Shown here piece after piece: positions 25,462 to 38,963 of a stretch of 64,000 nucleotides of DNA. Below the pieces are notes generated by a model that worked only from the letters and a program-made list of their open reading frames with translations, was not told where the DNA came from and searched no databases. The translations under genes and the position numbers were made by a program. The DNA comes from Lingula anatina (Eukaryota > Animalia > Brachiopoda): positions 27,962,001 to 28,026,000 of the forward strand of contig CM120642.1 in assembly GCA_051362555.1 (NCBI GenBank), written 5' to 3'. Numbering within the stretch: the stretch's first letter is position 1; each line of letters begins with the position of its first letter.

Positions 25462-27427
25462 GCTTTAGGATGGGGGGGGGGGCTAACAGATACGTTAATT
25501 ACCAGAAAGCAACACCTGATCTCCAATCAGTACATTGTCTAGTGCCATTGAAATATTATCCTCATGCCAGAATGAGACAAATTATAAGCAAAATACGGGA
25601 GTTTAATTATATAAACGTAATGGCCATAACAGAGCAGGGTTAAAGAGAGTGCTGCAAAGTTAAAGATTAAATTTTGAAACAATAACAAAACATTCCATTA
25701 TGCTGTTCCCGAGGCACAAATGGTTAGCGTCTCGTGCATATATAAGGAATATTCTCCACTCCACCCCTAACATGTATTGCAGTTTTACTGTTTTTTATTA
25801 ATAAAAGGTGGTCGTTAGAGGTATTATGATTAAATTATTGAAACGAGTTGGACGCACTTTATACTTAGCTCAATAATTTTAAATAGACACTAAGCGCTGA
25901 GCAATTTTTTTTTAATATCATGAAATTTCTATATACAATATCGGCGGTAATGAATGTCGTTTAATGTTCCTATAACTTCTACTTGATATATTTGAAAACT
26001 GGGTTCAACATTTGGGTTCTATAAAAGTGATTTCGCCGAACGGTTCAAATGGGGCATAGAACAAACGTTTTGGGACTGGGCTTAGCACCTATTTTTAACC
26101 GTTAAATGATGGAAGTTTCAATTTATAATTAAAATTATAATTAAAATTATTAAAACCAAAAACTGAAAATTGGAGAATTAACAAATAGCCCTTGCTTTTG
26201 CGTATTCCTACCTGTATATCTCATTCATCGAAACATGCACTACATAAATACATAGCATTATAAGACAGGAAGATATTTTTCCTATTTATAGCTGCATGAG
26301 CTACAGAATGTTGATTTTGAGATCAACAAAAATAAAATGTAGGCCAGTATTATCCTTTTGTTATTTACTTTAACATCTTGACCCAGGTCAGCGAAACGGT
26401 GCGGCACAGTGGCACGTGGTCAGTTTGCCGAAAAACAAAACTAATGCCTTCCGCCGGTCACCAAGTGTACATAATGTACGAGTACAGAATATACATCACA
26501 TATTAAATATAATGTTGACAATAACTGTCACTCATCACTAATCGTAAAAATAAGCAGAAGATAACACCCACTGTTCTCAAAATTTTAATTAATATACAGT
26601 AACATTTCTTATTTTATTTGACCTATATTTTAGCAGACAGGCTACAGACTGCGTGTCCTATAGTCATCACCGGTCTGTTATAAATATAGTGACCCTATTT
26701 TCCATAAACAGGGTACATACGTCATGATCTATTTATAGTGAGAATAATCAAAACATGTCACGAAAACATGCTTGCTTACGTTTGTTAGTTTTATAACACC
26801 AATTATTTTCAAAATTAAAATAACAATGAACGTGGCACAATATTCATCTAAGGAGTGGGAGGATAAAAGAATTCTCGCTACCTACGGTAAACGCAAAATA
26901 AAAACGAGAACAACTTTGCTGAAATTTGCATGGCACAGGGATGCCAAAATTGTTTTGTCTTGTCAACTTTAGCCAGGTGCACTGTTGTTGGGTTTATCGG
27001 AAAAAGGGGGGAGGGAGAAGAAGGTTTCCCCCGAATGTAAGGTTGCCAACAGTGCCCCCCCTCTCCCCCACCACCACCTTATTTTATCCACAAAGTGCTT
27101 TAGTGAAACTAATAGAATAAAACTAACTTAATAGAATAAAATCTATTGTGATATTGCAGATATTCTACAGAAGAGGTTCAAAGACAAATAAAAAATAAAT
27201 AAAAAAAATTAGTCACAGTTTCTATAACACTTAATAGTGGTGTTTCTAAAAATAAGAAAAAGGCACGGAATATAATTTAGCCAAAATTGAGGTTTGTTTA
27301 CTTTGTTTTTATCTCAGGTACAAAATAGCAATACAGGGATCGCATCATAACATGCCTGGCCCAGCATCGTGTCATAGAGGTATTAAGTAAATGTAGTAAA
27401 TAAAATTTAGCTGGACAGTGGACTGTC

Positions 27428-27638
27428 CGGAAGTCGTTTACCACGCACTGATGACTTACGCAGATTGTAGCCATGGCAATTTAGGCCATTCTTGACCACA
27501 AGACGTGACAGCGGCGAAACTGCATCCTTGACCAGAGAGTATAAATGGACAGCGCCGCTAAACCCAGCAACCAAACACTGAAAGAAGCGAAGAAGAGAAG
27601 AACAATAGTGAGCATATATAAATTTTGAGAGAATACAG
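27428..27638 (+). promoter_or_regulatory. Promoter and non-coding exon 1 of paralog 3
   Basis: CGGAAGT at 27428, TATAAA at 27540, donor CAG|GTAAGC at 27639. Confidence 0.65.
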
Positions 27639-28115
27639 GTAAGCAAACATTTTTTCATTTATTTTTTTTGTGACTGTCATATTTTGGGCATACTGTAGTT
27701 TACTTGGTTATAGTAAGGCTTCTATGATAAGCTAAATGAAAGAAGCTATCGTTTTCGTAATTTGGTATGTCATATCCAAAACAATATTCTTACAACAGGC
27801 CCACGTTGGATACATTTGCCCTAAGGATAACATATGTATTTGCTGGTGTCTTGGACATACCAAATTGATTGCTTCGTTCTAGCTCCTATATTTCATTTGT
27901 AAATATATTTTGCCTGTACAGAATTTATTGTTAGCGTAATTTTGGGGGTCTTTGCAGCATCTGCGTGATAAAAAAACAACAAAATATGAGCTGCTTCACT
28001 ACAGCAACATTCTGAATATCAACGATAATCTTTATATCTCACATAGCAAATTTCATGATTTCATACATGTACATATACATTCTGACATTTATGGAATATT
28101 TGCTTACAGAATATC

Positions 28116-31100
28116 ATGGTCCGCCTGTCAAAGACCACGAAGCTGTATGTTTGGGCCGTGATGACAGCTTTGCTGTTGGTGCAGAATTTCCATCCAGGTG
28201 AGTGAATGCCATATATATATAAAGAAACCTACTTCAGTCAAAATATTCGACGTTTTAAGGCTTTTGTGCCTGTGGGTCTTTTACAATCCTAGTTTAGTAT
28301 TACCCGATTAGGCCACATTGATCGAAAAATTAAGTTTTAAGTTTCAAAGAATAAATGGACAAAGCTAATACTTCTCCTTTATTTCAGTCATAGGATACGC
28401 CATCAGAGTACAGCGAAGAGAGGCTAATGATGACGCGCAGTTATTGGAACATAACGAAGCTGACGAATCAAATCACCGCATCCAAAAGAGATGTACGTAT
28501 TTTTAGATTATGCACATACATTGTACAGTGAACGTGCTAATTGGCGTTTTGGAATTTTGTATTTTAATTGTATTTTAATTTGCAACCGTTTTATCTTCAT
28601 CTTTTGGAACGTATTAAACGGGTTTTTAAAAATCTGTCAGTACATGAAACTTGTAGCATTGCTTTAGTTGATCTAGCATAGTTATTGAGTTTTAAGTGAT
28701 ATGATTTTCCCTTTTAGCCGTTGTTGGAGCTGGTCTGAAATTCGTATTAACAAATTTCTGGGATGATTTGCTGTGTCTAGGAGCTCACTTAACGACCCTA
28801 TTAAACTGCAACAGTTTGTCACCCGGAGCTTGCCAAAGGTAGGTTTGCGTCCTACTTGTTATGAATATGATACAATGTATTACTAGTAGTGGTCGTCTGC
28901 TATACAAATGCAGTAAATCTTTCGATAAAATGCGGTATTTTTTTCTCCTTACTTATCAGTAGTGAAGGAGAGGACAAATACATGGCCATGGTAGAACTGA
29001 CAGATAAGGTAGAACAATTAAGGGATCATATACATTAATGTTGGGTAGAAGTCCTACTGGACACGATTTAAAAGAACTAAGAGGCCGCCCTAGACAATTT
29101 AACAATCTGTACCAAGCCTTATAAAATTACACCTTTATGGATATCCTCTGAATATCTCACAATCATCATCGTTTAGGAATGTGCATAGGTCTTTTAAAAT
29201 GTGATATTTAAATTATTTAAATAATGTATCATTTGATTGTTGGCATTAACGTGTAAGACAAGCGGAATTCGAGATTTTAACAAAAAACGAAGCTGTGAAA
29301 GGAATATATAGGAATATGTATGTATACTCACACTCTCATCGAAGTCAAACCTTCAACGAGATAGTTGTAAAGATAGCCATGTGGTCGGTCTCTTTGCTAA
29401 TATGCAAACACTATCATGTAACCTTTGGTCAAGTGGTAATCTACCCAGCGTGTATAGAACAAAATGCTTTTCTGTTCTTTATAACAAGTAATTAATAACA
29501 GATATACGGCCTATACAGAAACTTTTTTTTAAACAGAAGTTATGAAAAGTCACATTTCATAACACTTTCATGCTTATTTGCAATTGAATCATTTTCAGAC
29601 TAAAAGATTTAGAAACCAAACGCAGCGAAATTGAAAACCTTGTGAACGAGACACTGGAGACAGAAGTTGAATGGGCAACATTGAATGCTACCAACGAAAA
29701 AGCCATTACTAATTTACAGCTAATTGAAAAAGACTTGGAACTGGTAACATCCAGCAACCTTCGTCTTATGGGCTTACTAAATTCAATCAGCGTCATAGAA
29801 GAAACAGACGATATTTACGACTCGGCCACCGATAATGTCACAGAGATCAGAGTACGTTACCAGATTGACATGGAAACCTACCTGAACGGAATCAAAGCAT
29901 CACTGGCATCTCTAGATTCCCATATCGACTCAATGAAAGAGCGCGACTACGTAATGTTTGCTCTCATGACATCAGTCCCCCTTGTAGCTCTGCATACCAG
30001 CCACATTGTAACATCAGCCCGTCAAGCTGTTCTCACGAGAAGCCAGTCCTATCAGGTAGTAGATATCGTTGGTGGCAACGGCAAGATGAGACTCGCGTAC
30101 AACCCAGAGGGGCGACTTTACGTCGTGCAGGATTCTCCTGAATTGGGGAAACTGAAGGTTCTGCAGTCGGTCGATGACGCAGGGAATGTGGGACGGTTCT
30201 GGAAATTCATGACGCCATCTGGACAGTCTGCCATGGTTTCCGAGTTCCTTGAAAGCTTTGACTTTGAGAGAGGCAAAAGGATTGCTTGGCTCCAGCAAAA
30301 TAACGTCGACTATCTGAACACACTGAAACAAAAGGGGTATATGAGTGCATTCCTGAGTAGAACAGATGGTCTTACAACAACAGAGCTAGATGACTTTGTA
30401 AAGAAAGCCGCAGTTTTAGACCAAGATAAGTTCTACAAGTACGATATCGATATCCCTGAAGCTGACCTTCCAAAGAATATGAAAGTAGGCCTAGACTTTC
30501 TAGACCCAAATGACATTGCTGTGGTCAATGCATACAAAAGACTGAAGGCTTATAACCCTGACCTGCTAGACAGTATGAATAAAGCTGGCACAACAGGTAA
30601 GAATTGGATAGATTGTTGGGAAACTATTTATTAATTGGTTTGGATTCTTTCGCTTTCCAGCAGTTAAATAAATTGAGAAGCATATGTTAGTTTTATTATT
30701 AATTGAAAACGATGTTTATCAGGGACGCCAGAACTACATAAACTTCCAAATAAAATTACATATATTGTAACAAAATGGGTGGTGCTGTATAACTGCCAGT
30801 AAACAAACCTCTTTAAAACGTTTCAGGCCAACTGTTTGTTTGATGATTTTCCATTTGTAAAACTCTAAAAACTCTCACACCAATTAAACATCAAAATTCT
30901 ATTTTTTACTGGTTTTAGGTAAGTTCTTAGATAACTCCAAAGCACTCTCAGACGCTGAGTTCGACGCCTACGTCGCAAAGGTGAAAGCAGCAGCCCCCGA
31001 GTTACCCGACGGTAATCTCAAGCACTTCGACTGGGACACGCCAGCCAAAAAAGTAACATTCACGCAGAGGATCAAAAGTGGTTGGTCATCTTTTAGAAAC

Positions 31101-32066
31101 TTTAACCTGTTTAACTGGAGGGGACGTCAAGTGAAGATAAGCAATGTCCTTACCATGGGAACTATTGGCGGTTCCTTGAACGTCGCGCTCTGTTTGTACA
31201 TGACCATTTCGTCAACTGAAAGCGTAGAGGAAGGAATCGAAACCATTGACAGTAGCCTCGACGAATCCAAGGCAAGCGTGGAAGAGAAACGGGCAGAGCT
31301 AGATGCTCTTCTTGTAGAGGAGCAAGACCTCTATACAAAAGTCAAGAACAACACCGTGACCTTGTACAATCTCTTTAGTACCGTCGATAACACCATTGCA
31401 GACGACCCGAGTTGCCAGGACACCTTGTGTACATTCCTTCGTGACGCTGCCGAAATCCAGGTTATCTCCGACTTCCTTGCTACGTGGAATAATGATACGG
31501 TCACCTCGAGTACAATTCTGGTTAGTCAATTGGATTTCATGGCAGCCCTGGAGTCCTCCAAGACGGAAATGCTTGACATATACAACTCCGCCACAGTCAC
31601 CACCAACGTCATGAATTGGGTGACCGACGGTTTGACACTAGACAGGATGCTGGAAAACGCAGTCTCGCTGAATCTCGACGCCAGTCTTCCCGATCATTTT
31701 TCCGTCCTGATGATCATCAAGGTCGCTTTCCCGTCGCTCACTTCCTATGACGGAGTTCCACTTAGCTGTATTAACACTTCCATCACAACACAAACAGAGC
31801 TTGAAGCGTTCTTGGCCCAAGCAGCTCCTATAACTGGAGATGTTGTTGATGACATCAAGACTGGAAAACTTTTTGCCATTTCTCCAGATGGTATCGTCGG
31901 GATGATAGAAAGCAAAGTGAATTCCGGTGATCTCCCTGCAAACCCATGCAATGGCCAAGCTTGTACCAGTGATGATGTGCTGAAGGTGATTGCCGCAGAG
32001 TATCCTGATGAAACAGAGTATTATGGGATAGCCTTGGCGGCATACAAAAACACTGCCACTTGTTAG
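28116..32066 (+). CDS. Paralog 3: 817 aa prepro-protein, recent duplicate of paralog 2
   Basis: join(28116..28197,28388..28492,28718..28838,29599..30596,30919..32066). Introns and flanks align closely with those of paralog 2. Confidence 0.92.
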
Positions 32067-33724
32067 AGGCTCATTGTTGAATCCATGTCACAATTATAAG
32101 TTTTAAAAGCAGATATGCCATTTAAAAATAATCTGTGATCTATTAGTGTCATTTACTGTGCATAAAATATCGAGAGAGCTCAATACAGATGTTTAGAAAC
32201 TCACTTTCCCAAATATTTACTAATATATCGAGTTTATTTGTGAAAATGTTTTCTTGGCCACTGAAATGTTACCCACCTCTGAGGTATTAATGTTTTAATA
32301 TAGGATTTATTGTTTACAGAAACACAGATACACATAGAACCAAAAGTGCCATTTTTATTCTGGTTCTTTTATTATATTATAATGTTATAATATTTTGTAA
32401 TTCTCCCAATCGAAAACGTGCCCCGATATTTTATGCTTAAAGGATATTTATTGATAGTTTTTGTACAGGAACCGGTGTTGATTGCAATTTTTCGGGGAAA
32501 AAATAAATGTTAAATTATTTTAAAAGTAATTTTCTTCTATTTGTTATTCTTATTAATGCGAAACACTGATCAGAAATATGTTCATTCTAAAGGAAAGATG
32601 CGCTTGTTATTATAACAAAACATTTGACTTTATGTGCAACAGGTGAAGCACTCTCAGTATCAGGGCCTGTTGACTATTTTGATTGTGTATTTTAATGTGT
32701 GAAATTCTGTCTTTTGATCTTGAGTCAATTCTTCAAGAAAACAGAAAAGTGAAGATGGCGTTTAAGATGTTATTGCGAATTCTCTTTTTTTCTAAATCTC
32801 TGATGACAGAAAGTGATAAATGTGGGATTTTTTTCAATCATTGAACATTTTAAAAGTCATGCCTTGCTAGTATGGGGACGCAGTAACGAAGTTTTAGCCT
32901 ATTTGGCAATGAAAGTTTTAAAAATAACAACTCTTTCGATAATATTCGCACGTTATTACCATTAACAAGAATAAGACTGCAATAAAGGGGCATTAGTGAT
33001 GCACGTTAATTTTACTGATACATTTTGTCCTCAACCTCAAGTATATTTTTTACAATGTCTTGTAAAGAATTCGAAAGTTTTTCAAATTATACTTTCTATG
33101 AGAAATCAGTTTTGCCGTGTTTCGTGTAACACATTTGACAGCTTCCTGTTTCCATATACTCTTGCTTGTAATGGGTAAAACTAAACTGAGGATTATTAAT
33201 GGCTATAATATTACAAAAAATCAAGCAACTAAAAATGATGACTTGGTTTTTCAATTTTTAAAAATCCGGTGACACCATGGATATAGATGTAAGCTATTTA
33301 TTTATTTGAAATAAACATTTAAAATTTATTCTGAGATATTAGACACCGCTGTCGCTTCCTGATTCTGACAAGTTGCAGGTTCTCTACTTAATCAAAAAAG
33401 TAGATCGCTTGGAAAATGTGAGATGGTTCTTTGAGCGACAATAACGAATGTTTAAAATTTAGTCCGTTTATGTTTTTTGCTCGAGAAAGGCTACATCAAT
33501 CATTATTTTTATATTTTAATTTGCTAAACTGATTTTCGGCAAGTTCCACTTGGACAAATTATTTTTCCACTTGCTTTTAATAAAATAAAAAAATGTGAAA
33601 TGGACCTATTTACTGAAAATGAGTGCGTGTGCACAAGAATCTTTGGATGGACATTATGTAAATCTAATTAGCCTATAGAGATAGCCAAGTTAATTGAATT
33701 CCGCTACCGAATGTCATTAAAATA

Positions 33725-33820
33725 ATACCCAATTAGCAATAGCATGCACTCTTTAAAAGTCACGCGTCTCTTAGGGTGTGCGTCTATGCGTCTACGGTGT
33801 ACTGTAAGCGGCGAGGCCTG
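33725..33820 (-). mobile_element. Old fragment related to the Tc1 3' end at 41730-41810
   Basis: CAATTAGCA..TCACG..GTGTGCGTCTA..GTACTG pattern shared with 41732-41800. Confidence 0.4.
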
Positions 33821-33952
33821 CCTCCTTAATTTCACTGGTTGATTTGTTTTTTGTAATTATTTTACGTAGCAAATTTTTTATTCCTTTAATTTTGTTCTGA
33901 AAAAAGACAGTGAATATGCGATTTGATGCACTTCGTGATAAATAATGAATTC

Positions 33953-34024
33953 TAGCAGAGCTAGGTTTCGATCCTAGGACCTCGGGGTTATGGGCCCCGC
34001 ACGCTTCCACTGCGCCACTCTGCT
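33953..34024 (-). tRNA. tRNA-iMet: Initiator tRNA-Met (CAT)
   Basis: Minus strand reads AGCAGAGTGGCGCAGTGGAAGCGTGCGGGGCCCATAACCCCGAGGTCCTAGGATCGAAACCTAGCTCTGCTA (72 nt). Shows A1:U72, consecutive G:C pairs at the base of the anticodon stem and the GATCGAAA T-loop of eukaryotic initiators; stems pair. T-run terminator at about 33900-33905. Confidence 0.97.
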
Positions 34025-34737
34025 GTGACTACATAGTGGTTATTTTGCAATTACTAGTATTTCCCATGTCTTTCGTTTTAATAATTTATCAACTATTTAA
34101 TAAAATTATTTCTTTCTGAAGCACTGAAAACAGTTTATTTCAAAATAAAAAGTGTGTGTGTGTGTGTATGTGTCGGGGTGGAAGAGGTAAGCCTACTGAT
34201 TCTATGTGCAGTACCTTGGAGGTCGCGCAGGGAAATCTCCCTCTTTATCAGGTTGTCAGGTACATGTATGCCATCACTTCTATCACCTTCTTCATCTTTT
34301 GTTACAGAGCTAACATATTTATGTTTTTCTTTCTACTTTTATCGGAAGGTGTAAGGCCTACAATTTGGTTCGCACCTTAATCTTTGCTTATTTCATAACT
34401 GTCTTTTATTTTGTTATTATATATAGAGGAGTGATTATATATTTGTTTCAGGAAATTACACTGTATCTCCGGTAAAAAAACTCTGTACCTGTAGCAGAGT
34501 ATTTGGTTTCCTTACCAGCTTAAATTTGTAGATATTTTCAGTAATTGAAAGTGTCAGTTTTGATGGCTCTTTATAGTGGATGACGACAAGGAAGTCCAAA
34601 CAACGGCGATCTAAAGATAATGATACCGTGACGTCTGCAGTGCTATATCTGACGTAACACTTCCCGTCTGATAATGCTGAGATAATAGGGTTTTCACTCA
34701 TTTACTGTCATTTCACTTTGCTTTGCTCCCTTCACCT

Positions 34738-34883
34738 CAGGCTATTAGCAACGCACCTTGACAATGGAGTCTTGATTTACTGGTAGTTGTGGGCCTGTTT
34801 TCGCCGTGTGCAAGTAGAAAAACTCATTAAAATGCATAACAGGCTATTAGCAACGGACCTTGACAATGGAGTCTTGGTTTACT
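34738..34883. repeat. 44 bp direct repeat (2 copies, 102 bp period)
   Basis: CAGGCTATTAGCAACG(C/G)ACCTTGACAATGGAGTCTTG(A/G)TTTACT at 34738 and 34840. Confidence 0.85.
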
Positions 34884-35267
34884 TTTTAAAAAACTTTTTA
34901 AAATACATAATTAAAGTTAAGGTTAAAATTTTCAATTTATTCAACGTGAGGTATGTTGTGATTATTACAAACACACTAAAACCTTTAAATATCTTAAAAC
35001 GTTTCACTCGTTAAGAAATCTTGGATTTAAACCATTCTTCCCCTCTAGGTCTCATTAACACTGCTTGAACTTCCGTATCACAACAAAGGATATATACATT
35101 ACTTGTACTGTACATTGTACCCCTGTAATTTAGTTTCGGTGTGACCTGTATCGTTGCCCGCCCCCCTTTCTTTTGTACAGGTGAGATTCGGTAATATCGT
35201 GTCAATTGGTCAGCAGGGGGCCGGGATATCCTCATACCTGCACCTTTTTACTGGACATTGAAATGAC

Positions 35268-35433
35268 CGGAACTCGGGTGACGCGGTCGGATAGCCAAGT
35301 CATGAGTCATGCCAAACAATAGGAGTGACCAAGTAGTATATAATTGGACTGGACACTCTGGGGGAGCAACAGAATATTGACCAAAGTAAAGAAGAATAGA
35401 CAGATACTGGACACCACCACTTGGAGAAAACAG
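35268..35433 (+). promoter_or_regulatory. Promoter and non-coding exon 1 of paralog 4
   Basis: CGGAA at 35268, TGAGTCA (AP-1 consensus) at 35303, TATATAA at 35337, leader similar to paralog 5 (ATTGACCAAAG), donor CAG|GTATGG at 35434. Confidence 0.6.
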
Positions 35434-36649
35434 GTATGGAAACATTTATTTGAATTTTTTTGCAAAGTTTATTCGGTCATATTATGAACCATCTAAGGGG
35501 AAAGCAATATTCAAAACGTAGAAAATTTTCCCTCTGTTGAGGAGTCTTTTCTACTTTTGGACTTGCAGCCGATAAAGTTAACATGTTGACTAAAAAGCAA
35601 CCAGCCTATTCCTATCTTATCCCTTTATTGAGCAGTACTTCTCGCTGTCTGTTTCTCAAGAAATTCCCATCTACTTTCTTGGAATTCTATACCCCCTGAT
35701 AGCAGGAGGTTTTAAAATACTATACAAAATTAAATACGATGATTTTGTAACAGACTAGTAGCGGATCCTGTGGTCAGAGTGCAGGGTAGGTTTTTCCAGA
35801 CACACGCCACGACACAGACACACGCGTTCCATCTTAATGTCATTCGTTAAAATACTTCTTGGAAAGATCCATAGGTGGACGCCGTACACACCTTAGGCCA
35901 GAAACAGATGCATACTGTACATGTGTAATTTTTCCATCTTGTGCGCGTTTCTGAAGCATGGGAAGCTATTAAAACGGACGTGTTAAGATACTTCATAGTA
36001 TATTACCACTTCAACGTTCTAAAAGGACCGAGTCCTGTTATTTTGATGCGGTGGGCGTGAATGAGCCGGCCACACGCTAAAGAGTGCATATCACGCTTTA
36101 TTATTAAATGAGGAGGCCCAACAATGTAATTATCATGTGCGTGATTTCAAGGCAGCTACCATTGTGTGTGTGCATGTATTGTACAACATATGTGCAGTTA
36201 CGGCATATTATCTGTACATTGAAATTTGTGAAATGTTTTAAACGGATCATTTTATATATATGTGATAGCGTGTACACCCACATATCATTTTACAGTATTT
36301 CTGTATAAGCTGTAGCAGTTATTGAGTACATGTTCATCTATTTTGGATCATTCAAGATATGCTCAACTATTAACTGAATGGGGACACTATGGTTTAAACT
36401 TAACTCTAAATCTGTTTAAATTATATTAACTGGAATTCTATATCGCCTATTTTTTGCCCTTAAATTCTATTATGTACAAATATTCCTAGGGATTGCCTTC
36501 AAAGACATGAGGAGATATGAATTAGGAAACTTAACCGTCTTTATTTTCTCCAGCCGTTATCATGCCTGTCCCATATCACCATGTATTTTAATGTATTTAT
36601 ATATGTGTATGTAAAATAAAATTTATTAAACATTTGCTTTCAGGCGATC

Positions 36650-38932
36650 ATGGTGAGCCTGTCACATTCCAAATTGTGTCTTTGGGCCGTGATGGCTGCT
36701 TTACTACTGGTGCAAAACGTCCATCCAGGTGAGTTAATTAAAATTCCTTATCTATGTAATGGTGTGGTGCCCGTTGCACTACACGGGTGAACGTTCGTAC
36801 TGATAAATTTTATTTACATGTAGCTTTTCGTAAAAACTTAGCCGACAGTCAACCTGCTTCTGTGTTTCCTTCATTTTCAATTTTAATAAGGACACACTTG
36901 CCAAGAAAATATTAATTAATAATTTCTTCCATTGCATCTGTATTAAATTTACAAATAAAGAAACATTTTATCCCAAAAAATATTTCTTGCATCGAGAGCT
37001 TTTAAAATACTGTTATACGTTATTCGAAATAATTTCAAGCTTCCTCACTGAAGGAATAACTCCACGCATAGAAAACTTTTGATTATAGAGAATTATTTAC
37101 TATGATATTTAAAATCGATAATGACATAACTGCTAACAAAGTAATAACATCTCGATTTCAGCCATTGGATACGCCGTCAGAGTACAGCGAAGAGAGGCTA
37201 ATGATGAGATGCGGTTATTGGCACATAACGAAGCTGATGAATCAAATCACCGCATCCAGAAAAGATGTACGTATAGTAAAATTTATCACATTTCATCGAG
37301 AGTTTGAGATTTAAGTTTATTCGTTGGACTAAATCAATCAATCATTATTTTATACTGCACCTTGTAAAACGAATTTAAAAGGGCATTTGTATGCACTTGT
37401 TTTTAACTGGTATCTTTCTGTTACAGCAATTATAGGAGCTGGACTGAAATTCGTGTTTAAGAATTTTTGGGACGATTTGCTGTGTCTCGGAAATCACTTA
37501 GCTTCCCTAGCAAACTGTAACAGTTTGTCACCCGGAGCTTGTCAAAGGTGAGACCAGATGTAACATGAATTCGTATATGCTCTGAAAACATGTATATGTA
37601 TATGTAATCTAGTAAAGCTGATTAAGAGGCCTACGCAGACGGCTATACAAATTTAGTCTACACTGAGGTCAAGTAATCCTATAAATCAAGCCCACTGGAA
37701 AATTCTGTCCTGCTTCATTATAGTTAAGGTTAATTAAAAAACGTTTTACCCAGATCAAATTTAATAAAAGTGATTCTTCTTCAGATTAAAAGATTTGGAA
37801 ACTAAACGAGATGAGATAGCAACCTTGGTGAACCAGACCCTGGAGAGACAAGTTGAATGGGCAACATTGAATTCCACCGACGAGAAAGCCATCACTAATC
37901 TACAGTTGATAGAGAAAGACTTGGAACTGGTCACATCCAGCAACCTTCGCCTCATGGGCATACTGAAGGCAATCAGCGTCATAGAAGAAACGGACACAGT
38001 TTACGACTCAGCCACCGATAATGTCACAGAGATCAGGATACGATTTCAGATTGACTTGGAAACATACCTGAACGGAGTTAAAGCAACACTGGCATCTGCA
38101 GGTTCCCAAATCGACTCACTGAAAGAGCGCGACTACGTTATGTTTGCTATCATGACTTCAGTCCCCCTTGTAGCTCTGCACACCGGCCATATTGTGACAT
38201 CTGCCCGTCAAGCTTTTCTCACGAGAAGTCAGTCCTATCAGGTGGTGGATATAGTTGGTGGCAACGGCAGGATGAAACTCGCGTATAATCCAAAGGGGCG
38301 ACTTTACATCGTGCAAGAGTCCCCGGAATTGGGGAAACTGAAGGTTCTGCAATCGGTGAGTGACAGCGGTAAAGTGGGTCGATTCTGGAAGTTTATGACG
38401 CCAGCTGGACAGTCTGCCATGGTTTCCGAGTTCCTTGAAAGCTTCGACTTTGAGAGAGGCAAAAAAATCGGCTGGCTTCAGCAAAGAGACCCCGACTATC
38501 TGGACACACTGAAACAAAAGGGATACGTTACCTCTTTCTTGAGTAGAACAGAAGGCCTTACATCGAGACAATTCGACGACTTTGTGCAGGTAGCCAAAGA
38601 TTTAGACCAAGATAGGTTTTACAGGTACGATAATGATATCCCTGAAGCTGATCTTCCAAGGCAATTGAGATTAGGATTAGACATGCTGAACCCAAATGAC
38701 ATTGCTATGGTAAATGCTTACCAGAGGTTAAAGGCCACTCATCCCGATTTGCTTGACAATTTGAACAGAGCAGGCGCAACAGGTAAGGCTTTATAAGATA
38801 TATGGAGAACTGTTTATTTATTCTATTAATTCAACATTATTAACAAATTACTTATATTTGATAAGATTTCTTATCAGCCACACCAAATTTTTTGCAAATC
38901 ACATAATAAGAATATAAAAGACATAATATTAC

Positions 38933-38963
<31 letters not shown>

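Larger units (their letters stand above)
11750..32805 (+). repeat. Segmental duplication: ~11750-19325 vs ~25470-32805 (paralogs 2 and 3 with flanks)
   Basis: Colinear upstream, intronic and downstream sequence, near-identical over long stretches (e.g. 12450-13400 vs 26190-27110; 15000-15850 vs 28365-29210). Confidence 0.9.

Noticed and set aside
33792-34010. 72 aa ORF MEACGAHNPEV...
   Set aside because: Translation of the tRNA-iMet gene.
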